Both the position numbers and the translations under genes were made by a program. The notes beneath the pieces were generated by a model. It saw only the letters and a program-made list of their open reading frames with translations. It had not been told where the DNA came from and ran no database searches. This document shows positions 39,601-51,600 of a stretch of 64,000 nt of DNA, in pieces. This DNA comes from Yuukianura sp. NJ FZ-2021. Its lineage: Eukaryota. Every line of letters begins with the position of its first letter. Positions within the stretch are counted from its first letter, which is position 1. The DNA is taken from NCBI GenBank assembly GCA_046563655.1, contig CM102285.1:10416001-10480000 (forward strand), written 5' to 3'.

Positions 39601-42600
39601 TCTTGAAGGCTCGGAAACAGAAAGTGCCAAGCGCCCTTTGACATTTAAGGTGCCCTTAGAATCCAAAAACCTTGTTCTTCCTTGAGCCTTGGAGGAAGGT
39701 CTAATTCAATCATAAGAAACAAGAAAACTAGAGGATACGAAAAAATTACTTCCTCTTTGTCTGCTCCTTGATTTGAACTGTCTTGGTGTGTAGTCGTTGT
39801 TACCCGTGGAGGGAGTAAGTAAAGTAAAATTTTGGTCCATGGAACCAATTGATCCATCAGGTCGTTTTGCGGTGAGGAGGAAATAAGTTTTTCTGGTGAA
39901 AAGTGAAAGTCTAGGACAGAGAAAATTGCTCAATCGGCAAAAGTCAGGGAAAAGAAAGGAAAGGGAAGACATGTTGTGTAGATAATTTCCTTTCTTTCAC
40001 AATTTATTTTTCCAGTTGAGTGAATCCCTCTTGAAAAGAGAATTGGAGAGAGAATAAAAAAAAATGACTTCTTTTTTCCTCGTCTTTCTGCTTTTCCCTG
40101 TTCCACTTTTTCTCGGTTTGTCACTGTCTCAAAGATCCTCTGAAATCAGTCACCTATTTCATCATTTTCATTCAGGTGAGGCCAATTTACAAAAAGTTTG
40201 CTTGAAAAGCCTTTCCCTAACCTAACCTTAACGTAACCTAACGAGGTTCCTGGAACTCCGAGAAAGTCTGTGTAATCCAAGAAAATTGCCTCATTTCAAA
40301 AGACTTTAGTAATAATTCTATAGCGTCTTTCTCGGATCTGGAACTGAAAAGGAAATTTTTTGGTTATGCTATATTTGGTTAACTCAAAGTTCAGATTCAG
40401 AACTAAATTCGTAACACTGAAATTTGAAAACATTCTTTTGACGGCTTTTTTCGGTTTTTTGAAAAAAAATCCCAAATCAAACGTCCAGATGAATGAAAAC
40501 CTTCAAATTTCAAAAGAGAAGCCGCAAAAGAAATGAGAAGGACTCCGAGTTTTCCTTATTTTGTTTACGTAGATTCCAAAAATTAACATGATTTAATATT
40601 TGGCAAATGTCGAATCACTGTTACACTTTCTGTCAAAATCTAAAAAAAATTTGGTTTTGTTCCAAAAACTTGAAAAAGATGAAGCACAAAAAAAAAAAAG
40701 CAAAGTCTAGAAAAGAAAAATTGTCCTTTCCGTTTCAATTCCTCGTGGATTTCTCAAGGAACAAGAAGAGCCATTTGCAGAAGGAAGAGAAGGGAGAAAT
40801 TAATTAGAAATTCCACACTTTCTTCCCATTTCCAACTCCCATCCTAAGTACTTTGTCTCTCTTTTGTTCATGGACTCCTTCCCACTTTTCAGTTAGTTCC
40901 ACGATTTGAGCCCCACCGCCCCCACCATAGTCTTTCTCCAAGTCTTAAAGGATGAGACATGCCTAATCGAAAGAACACTTACTTTCCAAAGTCCTCCTTT
41001 TCTCACACACTTCAAATAAAACCGCTTAACTTTCTCCTTCGCTTTCCCTAGTTGTCATTATTCCCGCCTTTTCACTAATGCCTTAAGTTTATCTCTTGAT
41101 CAAACAGAAGCACAGAGCTTCCTTGCTCTAATTCTTGTTTTAGGCTTTCCTAGTCTTTGTTATAGTACTTTAGTAACACTGTGTACGGAGGCAGAGAAAG
41201 TAGAATTAGTGCTACGAAGTAGGAAGAAGAAAAAAGAAAGCTCCTTTTTGTCAAAGTCTTCGACAAGTCTAGTGGGATTACATTTGCTGAAGCATTTGTT
41301 ACTTGGAAATTAAGAACTTTCATTAGTTTTCTTTAGTTCTGCTTCGCTCTTTTCTCTTTTTATTTCTAAGGTCTTAACACATTTCTTGTAAAATGAAATG
41401 AAACCCAAGAGGCTCGTCGCCTACCTACGCTTTTTCTTCCTCTTTCCAATTGTTTTGTGTATCACATTTGAAGCATTGGGTTTCCTTGTTAGTTGATTCT
41501 GTTCTAACCAGTAACATTGAAAGGCAGAAGTGAAAGTGATACATCTGAACCACTTTTCCTAACCGGAAATCAATACGTTGATTTTGTGGTGGGCGTATAA
41601 AAGTGTGGAAAAAAGATACGGTTTTCAAAAATCCTGGATCCGCATAAGCCATTCCTTTAATAACGAGATGCGATTTTTCTTTTCAAATTTTTTTCTTCGT
41701 TTTTTTTTTCAAAATGCGGAGAAAGTTTGGTTCTTTTCTCCGAGAGATTGAATGGTATCCATCAACATCACGGGGGCGCTCCAGAGCTGCTTTTTAGCCC
41801 ACTTTCTATTGTTTATTTTCCTTCAAGGGAAAACCCTTAACCATTTTCTACGTTCAATTTTGTTCCTTCTTAATTCTATTATATACTACAGAAGACTGCC
41901 CGGGAAAAGATGCTGATGACCTCTGACCTATTTTTCCCTGGTTAAAAAGTTGCAAGGAAATGAAGGGTGCTTGGATAGTTGTTAGGATCCATTCCATGAT
42001 AATGTTAGGAAAACTTAGTTGGTTCAGTTGCCTCCTCTGTAAACCGTGGGAGAGAAGCGACGCATGAGTGCACAATTTTGGAGACATTTTGCAGTAGGGA
42101 AAGTGAGTTTCGTCTTCATGCGGTAGCGGTTGCCGCCGCCGCGGTTGTCTTTGGAGCTGGTTGAACATGGGGAGTTCTAATATTTAAAAGGGAATTGTGA
42201 ACTGCTAACTATTTATAACCAACCAGAACGAATCTCTAGAGATCTCTCTCATCCAACTGGCTCGTCCATGTCATCTTGAAAAAGGCGGAATTTGTGGATT
42301 CGCCCAACCGAGCCTCCCTGCTGTTCCTCTTGTTCATCTTCTGAAGTGGGTCTGGAGTGAAAGTAAGTCTAACTTGAAATAGAGAATAGAGTAAATACGG
42401 TGTCAGACGGATTCACTTTCTTTTGAATCTGACAGGGCACATACACAGACACCACATTAAAACTACTTTCTCTTTCAATTGAAAACACTCCAGACCATCA
42501 CTTTTTGAATCCCAACGGAGATAGTGAGACTCAATATCATAAATTGGGCTCTGAGAAATTTAAGCCTCTCCTAATGGCTATTTGGACCTGAAACACGCAC

Positions 42601-45600
42601 TATATACCGATTGGAAGTTCACGAATTCAATGACAAAGGTTTTTCTTTGCGGGGTTTGATTTTTTGATTGAATTTTGAAATTTTTAAAACGAACTGTACT
42701 GCTCTTCACTGAACTTCTGAGAATTTCACTTGATTTTTATTTCTTTATCTGCTAGTGAAGATACTGGTCTGCTACCGAATCGATTTCAAAACATATACAA
42801 AGTATTGTAAAAGTATAAAGGTATGAAACGATTCTTTTTCCAAAATTTGGTAGCGTGGTACACTCTTTTGAATATTCAGAGTGTTCCAGGACAGACACAT
42901 TTTTTAAATTGGGTTCTGTCAGAACTTACGTTCAAAATCAGCCGGTTCCGCATGCTCGCTCACCTTCCTGTCTCGAAAATAAATTCCAATTTAGTTTTAC
43001 AGCTCGAAAAACATGATTTCCGCTTGGCTGGAAAATGTAAAGATTTTCTTTTTGAAAACCAGAACAACGCAGAAACAAACCGCGGATTTTTTTTAACTTC
43101 CCGAAACCACGTCTTTCTGATTCTGCAACAAGCATCGTGCATACAGAAATAGTTGTGGTTGACCAACAACAAGATTACTAAAGACTGCAGAACAAGAAAG
43201 TTCAGAAGTTAAAGCATGTTCATCATGATTGAATTTTTGCGGTGATGATTATTGGTCCTAGGAGGTTTAGTAGCTGCAGAAAGTAGAAGTAAAGGAGTTG
43301 CTAACTTTAGATTGTTAGAAGATCCTTGGCATCTTCTTGTCTCTTTGGTTTTCCCGGGAGAAAGCTTTCTACAGGAGGAAGGTACATTAGAATCCACTGT
43401 GACAGGACTTTTTATTACATATAAAATATACATTTCTAGGTAAAAGGAAGGAGGCACGCGCTTATTCAATTCAAACTTCCATTTTTCTCCACATATTTTT
43501 CTACTTTCTCTTCCTCGAAAAGATGAAAGTTTTCTGCTATATTTCACTTTGTATTTTAACCAAAGGTAGAAAAACTTTCATACTACCTACTGTGGTAACT
43601 GAAGCTACAATGGCTTTCAACTCTCCACAACATTATTTTTACTGTACCATTTCTCATAACTACTTCAATTCAATTTTCTTTTTACTAAAATTTACTCTCC
43701 CCTTGCCCCACTTTCTCCACCTTCTCTGATTTCTACTTTCGTTTCTTGAGAGTCAATCAACTCTTAGCAGCACTTTGCTGTTGTTCTCAGTTGCAAGTTC
43801 TCATACAGCAAGTTTACACGCAACTATAATATTTTCAACAACATTACAAGTTTAGTGAGACTTCGAAGGTGTATTTCACAATGTTTGTCAGGTTGGGATA
43901 GGTTAAGAGTAAATTTTATTTTAAAAGTTATGATGTGCCTTTTGGTTTCCTGCGACTAGATTTCATAGCTTAGATTGGTAAAGAGAAAGCAACAATTCCT
44001 CCTTATTTCTCAAATTCTTAGTTTGATAATTAGGAGTTATACATAACTTTCTTTGAAGAAATGAAAGAACCAGGAGCATATTAAATTGTTGATGAAAAGC
44101 AACGATGAAACTTTGAGCAGTTTTATAGAGCACCGTCTCTTTTCTGTATAGCCTAATAAAGGAAAAAGACCAAAGACAAGGAGAAAATCTTGGAAGTAGA
44201 GAATCTAGTTAATTTAAGGGCCCTGTTTCCTCATAACGAGAAAGATGTGACTACGATTTAGATTTGATACAAAGTAATCACTTTCTAGAGGCACTTTCGT
44301 CTCTGCCTTTTCCTTTCTTCCGTTCAGGTAGCACAGGGAAGTGAAAGCTTCAATGACTTCAGGAGATATTGCAGCCCATTGTCTTCCCTTCCCTGTGTCT
44401 CTCGACCTGAATTTGAAACAAAAGACTCAATTTGGAAGTTTTCTCCATTGAAAAGGAAGCCAAATAACCCCCATCCAGTTTCTTTTAGTCTCTTAACGCC
44501 CAGCTTCAGGCGATATCGGGCTGCTCTTTGTTCTTAGCCTAGTTTTTTACAAGGCAAGACACAAGATGCTTGGTTTATTTATATTTTTATAAAACATAGA
44601 ACGAGAGTGTTTGGAAATTTGGGGGTTGGTTATGTATTTAGAACGAAAGCTGTAAGCGTTTGTTGGAATTTCATTTCAAATTTTAATAAACTTGGACTGA
44701 TTTTTCTGAGATTGGGAGAATTCCAATTAGGGATCTTAGTTTTTCAATCTTTCGCAGATTGAATTCAGAAAGTCAAAAGGAAGAAAGTGGAAGACAAGAT
44801 GAGATTTTTTGGAAGGAAGAAGAAGACTAAATGGAAAAGTTTGAAAGGAGTCGTGGGAGTGTATGAATTTAGAAAATTTAGTTTAACGAGGGACGAGAGA
44901 CGATGGGGAACGTAGCCGAAGACTTTGGTAGTACTACTTTCTCCTTCCGACATCATTATTCTCTAACACTGAGCATTCATTTCCATATGCACATCACACT
45001 GTAGTACTAACCCTACCACTAAATTCAAAAGTTCTGGTGGCTCTGGAACAGGAAAGTGAAAACGGTGGAGAGTGAAGAGCCCACTTTCACTTCCTCTTAA
45101 GAACATGGACCATATTTAAATTGGATGAGGTTAGGTTCCAGGAACCTCATATTTTATCCATCAACCACCGATACTATCTTGAGAGTGACTATCGAAAATG
45201 GTTTTTCGATAGTCAGATTCTTATGATTAAGGTCTTCCTTCCCACTTCCGTGTCTGGTGGTGTAGAACTACTTTACAGCAGTACCGAAAGCTACTTACAA
45301 GGATTGTGCCAAGTGTAGCTTGATTTTGGTGTTGTTTTCTCCATACCTTACTATGAAATTCATCCACATTTTCCATGTTTTTAAACGCACTCTAGAATTC
45401 CAATTTAGGCACAACAGGGTTGAGAAATTTTCAAATTTTGTGATTGGTGATAGAAAAAAAGTCCTCATTTTTGCAGAATTTCATTCCCATTCTAAAATTT
45501 TTTGAGTAGATTCATAAGATTGTTAACTTTTCGACGCAGTTAAGCCGCATATCCGGCATCTGGATGAGACAAAATGAAACTCGAGGAGGGGTCGAAAAAA

Positions 45601-48600
45601 AATTGATCGCAAATAGAAGTATTTGTGGTTTTACATTTTTTCGTTTTCATATTCATGTCGCTCAAGTTGATGTCGACGAAAGTTTGTCGACTAATTTGCT
45701 ATTCCTGGACCAGCACCCTGGTTACTCTATGTTCATTTTTGGACCGTGGTTAAGGTTAAACTTGAGTGAAACTGGTTCGTAGAGATTGAGTTTTTAGTAA
45801 AATCAGAGGAGCGTGAAATTGAATTTTACTTGCGAACAAGCAACATGGTTTTCTCGGTACAAATTCGTAAGATGCTATCTACGCTCCAATTTCTTCTCAT
45901 TGAAACATGAGGGCGTAATTCAATTTTATATTTTTAGTAGACAGGAACCTACAGCGTTTCTAAATCGACTTAATTCCATGTCACCCTAAAACTCTTCAAA
46001 GGCAAATTAAAATCTCAAATTGCGCATTGAACTTTACAAAAACGCTGTCCTGGAAATTGTAACGCTAAAAGATAACGTTCAAGCTCCAGAAATATTTTTC
46101 GCTAAGCTTGCAAATTTTAAAAACCTTAATCACATTTGGCCTAATTGTCAAATTTTAAAACATGAAAGTGTAATTAAATTAACCAAAACGTACGCATTCT
46201 TACTTATTTTTTTTGAGAGAAAAAAAAGTTAAGCCTTAAAAAGTGGGAGGTATTTCGTACGCTTTCTCCGTTTTATTCAGAAAGAACTTTGATTTCAAAA
46301 TTCCTCAAATCAGTTCTCCAGAAATGTTCTCCCTAGTCGGTGATACATTTTCTTTTCAAGTCCAGTAAGGCCCAGTGGAGCCTCATCTTCTTCATATCAA
46401 TTTAAAAGCAAAGGATGACTCTAAACTGGTAATTCAAATGCAGATCACAAAATTACGAAAGTCCTAGTTAGCTTTAGTTTTGCTTTTATCCGACTTTAGC
46501 TGGGCTACTAGCTTTTGAACATTCCGAATCAAAGCGAAAAACTTAAGCCTGCAATTTGTGAAAACTGCTTTGGGAAGCGAAAATTTTAAGCCGCAAAACC
46601 GCAATAATAATAATAAGTTACGTACTTACGTGGAATTAGGATTCAAGTCATTTTCAAATCCTCCTACGCAGTAGCAGTTAGTTACCCTCTTTCTCTTCCA
46701 TACTTTTTGATATCTTTTGATCTTAATTGCGTGTGCACAGGCAATAGCTCAGGATCAAAAATTTCTCTCGATTTCCGATTTTTGTTACCGCAGTAAGTTA
46801 CAACAAAGGGAGGATATTTGGAAACAGTGGGAATTTCAACAGGCGTTTGTATTCTTAGGAATGTGAGATTTATGTGTAACCAACATCAAAGAATTCCAGT
46901 GTTTAAGCTCCTCTTTCTTTTCGAAATGTAGAAAGATTCGGAATGTTTCGGTCTCTTCAACAAATTCCATGAAATCGTGTTTTGAAGTGGAATGAAAGTA
47001 TTTTTTTTTGGAAGTGAAAGTGAAAAAATTTGAGACACTTTGTACAATTCTACCGTATTTGGCTGTTATTGGTTGTGGAAGCATCTTGTCTTAAAAAATA
47101 AGGGTCCACGGTCCATCCACTTTTGATAATGACCTGGATCGCCATGCCAAAAGGAAATGGAGCAAGACCGTAGGGAAGAAAGTGTACTTTCTTTTTTCCA
47201 ATTCCACTTTCATATGTCTTTGAGTCCAAAACTTTATGTGACATTTGACCTCATTCTTCCTGTTCATGTACCCAAACAAAAAAGAACAAAGAGAATCTAC
47301 AACTGGGTTTATTGAATTACAGAGAACATGAAAGGAGAAGAAGTGCTTAATGTAGCGCTCAAAATTCATACTTGTGTCGTTTTCAATTTTTTCAAAACGA
47401 TTACACAGAACAGAGACAAATGAAATTTCGACTGAATGTTTTCAACCCTTTTGTACCAGTTTTACTATGTTCAACTATACGGAGAAAGAAGGTCAAATAT
47501 GTTACAAATTTTTACCAGTTTTATCAACTAAAATTTCGAATTCTGAGAAGTCAGAAAGAATTTTCAGCAAATTGAAAAGGGCACATGTCAGTTTTCAAAA
47601 ATGGAAGTAAAGAGAAGCTTTTCCTGGCATATTCTACTTGAAATTCAGATGAGTAACATAGTCATGCATTCTTGGATCTTTTTGAAAGAAAGTGCTGAGA
47701 AAAAGCCAACTAAACTACCTGATGGTAGTGGCAAGTCAAAAACTCTAACAGAATCTACTCAATCTGACAAGAAAAGTCTTGATTTCGTTAAAATTATGAA
47801 CTCGGTTACTTGAAATTTTTAAAACTCACACCATAGAAGGGGACAAACAAAACTAGAAAACGAATTCTTCCAAATTTTTGAACCACTGTTCGCACAGTGT
47901 CATTTGCATCTGAAAAATTTCTTTGTTGGTGCACTTTCACCTCGGCTGCAAAATCAAGTTTTCCAATTCAGAGATTTTTTTTCAAAATTTTTGATTCAGA
48001 TACTATTGGCTTAGTTAGAAATTTAGAAAACTTGAAAACGACAATTTCTACCATATTTCCAAAAATTGGTTACATTCGTTCGTGTAAACTTTCTCAAAAG
48101 TGGAGCGTTAGCAGTTGCAGCAGGCAGAAAATGTTTTCAAAAATTAGTTCTAAAAATGAAAAGAAAGTTTGTCTTTTCTTTTTTTGCTTTTCTTTGATCT
48201 TTTTCGTGAAATTCCTAAAATTCTGTTTTGTTTTTAAGAAATGAAACTGAGCCGAGGCGTGGAGAAGGAAGGAGCTAGAGACGGAAACATATCACCCTGC
48301 GAATGGATCCTGTTCCAAAGTCTAGACTGTTCGGAAACACGACCGCTTCATGCTGGACCGTTTCTCACGGTGCAGCGACGTCGTCGCCGTCGCAAGTACG
48401 TGCGAACCTATCTGTTCAAGGATCCAACGCTGATTGATGACCTCTCAGCCTACCAAACAAATTTCGTCCTCGACAGAATTAGCAAATGGGCATTTAATGC
48501 TTTTATACTCGACAATGTGACGGGAGGTAAGACATAAGAGCACTTCATTTCCGTTTCTGCAGTCGCAATTCAATGTTCTTAGGTAAACGAGAGACCCTGC

Positions 48601-51600
48601 TGAGGTACATCATAAAAGTAAACCTAAAGCACTTTAGGAAATGGACATGTCCTTGTTGTTAGCATTTTCCACTTGTCTCAACCTTAACATTTGCCTAGGC
48701 TAACATTGTCTGTTCAAACATTTCCACCCTCCAAGACGAATACGAATGAATCCCACCATTCATTCAATTATTTCCGCATTGTCGTTCAAAATACACATTT
48801 CACTCGAGTAAAATTTTTGCAAACGCTGACAAAAAAATTCTTGCAAATTGGCGAGGTTGAAAAAAAAGTGAAAGGTGATTTTTTTTTGTCAAATTTTTCT
48901 TTCTTTGCAAATTTTGACGTGTCAATTGTTGTTTTTGATAGATTGTAAATTAGAATTTCAAACAATGAAGTGTAGTCATTTCCGCAAAAACTTCATTATG
49001 GTTGAACATTCCAATGAATTTCCTTGTAGCTGTTGTTTCCAAAGTGTCTCATTGTAATCCGTAACTATTAGTTGTACTTATGGAAATGAGGTAATTTGCA
49101 CCCAATAATTGCAAAACCCTATTCCTTCCAATGTTATGGTGCGAAACATGGTGTCTGGTTAGGAAGAGAGATCCCAAGTGCTAATTGTTATCACTTCCTA
49201 TGTAGGTGTTAAGTGCTTGTTCGCTGATTAGCAAAAGATGCTACAAGAACAGTCAGTTGATGCGTAGTGCCTGCAATGTATGAACATAAAAATAAACGAA
49301 CTAACCACAACTGTTTTGTTTTTTGCGTCTAGGCCGTCCACTTCCTAACCTATGTGTTCATCTCTTCAAAATCTATGGACTCCTGGAACATTTCCATTTG
49401 GATCCAGTCATCGTATGGAAGCTCTTCTGTGAGTACTCAATTTCTACAAAACTCTTGAATTTCTTTAAAAACAAACTCGTAGTTCTAACTTCCCCACAAA
49501 GGTCAGAGGGCGTTGAATGAACGTGACGCAATGCAGAGTTTAAACAGACGTCAATTCTTAAATTCTTTGGTGTAGACTTCAAAATTTTTCTTTGAAGTCA
49601 GAATTTTGAAAAATGGGAAACGGGAAGGCATGAAGGCTTGGTGAAAGAATTGTATACATAGAAAAAAAGTTCGCGTACTAAAATATGGTGATGGAAAAAG
49701 TAGAGACGGGGAAAGATTAGGCGCGAGGAAGAAGATGACCTCTGGTGAACCCGCAGTGTTGAGACCCACTTGACCTGACCTCAATTCTAAAATTGAATCT
49801 ACAAATTCCAACACAAAAATTGTGATCTTTAGTCACCCCAAATCTGGAAGATTCGTACTTCCAGAATAGGCTTTTCTTTCATTCCAGTACAGCTGAGACT
49901 ACTGTAATAGGTCGCCAGCGTCTAAAATCCTATCGTCTATTTTCATTTTCAATTTTCTGGGGGAGGATGACGCTGTTGGTGTGTGAGCAGCTTTACTTTT
50001 CTAGAACTCGAACTTTTAGAACTCACAGTAAGCAACAGGGAGGGGATTCAATATTTGATTAGAATTTTCAATTTCCAATTATAGGAAGCACGTATCCCTC
50101 TCCAACTCGTTGTCAGCATTTCTCCTCTGCTGCGTTGTGCAAAAGAAGACAGAAATGGATTTTGTAGGATTTTCTAAAAAGAAAAAAAAAGCAGATCTTT
50201 TCCAAAATAGGCTTTGACGGAGGAGGTGTGCGAGGAGGACCTTCAAACCTCTTTCGAATTCCAATCTTAGTTTTTATTTTTTCCAAAAAGTTTAATTCAA
50301 ACAAGTTTTTCAAGGTTTTTACATATGCCTTTAGTTAGGAAGTTCTTGGATCGCAAATAACCGGCGCCTCCGATTTTTTACACTTTTCTCAAAATTAGAA
50401 TGAAGCAAACAAAACTCGACATGATCAAACGAATATTTTAGATTTGGAATTGGAAAAAAGTGTAAAACTTTACTTTCACTGTAAAAGAAATCATGCTCAT
50501 GACAAGAAATTTGTAGTCATATGAATTCCAAGCATCAAATCTTAATACAAATGTTTCATCTCTATCATAAGTTATCCAAAAAGAAAAAAGTAAAGTAGCA
50601 AAGTAAAACCTCTTGACGTTTTTTAAGTCCAAATTTTTTGAATCAATGCCAAAACCACTGCAAAGAAATAACGCGTTCTCCACAACTCTGACGACAACGC
50701 TTGAAATCCCTATTTTTATTGCGATTACGTTTCGGTTTCTCTACTCATTCTTCTTTGGCTTCGGATTTGACAAATTTGGAGTCAAGTGAAGAGCCACCAT
50801 CGTCATCCAGTATGGAATTTTTTCAAATTTAAAACAAAAAAGTGTCACACAAACTCAAACGTTTTTTCGCAATCTGATTTTGTGAATCTCATAGAGCAAA
50901 CTATATTTCCCCGTATTTCCCCCAACTTTTTTAGCTCCTAACTTACGTTTTTTGAATTTTCGAACTTTTGACATTTCGGGCAACATTTTTGGTTGAAAAG
51001 TTCCTTTTTGACATTTCCTTTGATCCGTCTGTTTTTGGAGGTGTGATGATGATGATGAAAGTGACAAGTAACTTAACGAGAAGTGGGAGAAAGAAAGTGA
51101 CTTTGTCACTCACATCCCAAAGGACACAAATCATGATTACATTCAATTACTACGCAGCAGCATCTCTCACATCTTCATCTCCCGAAGCACGCCATAATCT
51201 AAGCAGCAAAAATCTAAGCACGCCAAAATCTAAGCAAGCCAGAATCTAAGCATGATGTTACAGTGGATTTCGATTAGGTTTGGTTAGTTAAATTAGTTGG
51301 ATTAGGCTTTAATTAACGTTAGGTTAGGTTTGGTTAGCATAATTTCATTGCTAATTACCTAATTTAGCATGCTTAGATTTTGATCTGCTTAGATTTTTGG
51401 ATGCTTAGATTATTGTTGCTTAGATTATGGCATGGACTCTTCATCTCCTCTGCCCTTACGCTAGGCTTTGGATATTATAAAAGCTCAGAATCACCCATGT
51501 TAGGTTTGAATAACTTTCTAAAAGCCAACTTTCACAAGTTTAGTTAGAAGGAAAGATCACACCCTGTTTTCAGAATTTGATTCATGATCCCATATTTATC

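Noticed and set aside
40215..40242. CCTAA/TTAGG runs (also ~18036, ~18357, ~56030) as interstitial telomere
   Set aside because: Only 2-4 degenerate units each; more likely transposon relics or low-complexity sequence.
15713..47900. Dozens of 60-130 aa ORFs in the ORF track
   Set aside because: Phe/Lys/Leu-rich translations of AT-rich intron sequence. They have no recognisable domains and no splice-consistent chain apart from the two small PDE7 exons.
51189..51435. Regularly spaced short repeats resembling a CRISPR array
   Set aside because: Eukaryotic context, 10-bp units with ~6-bp gaps, an inverted arrangement and a TSD all indicate a MITE.
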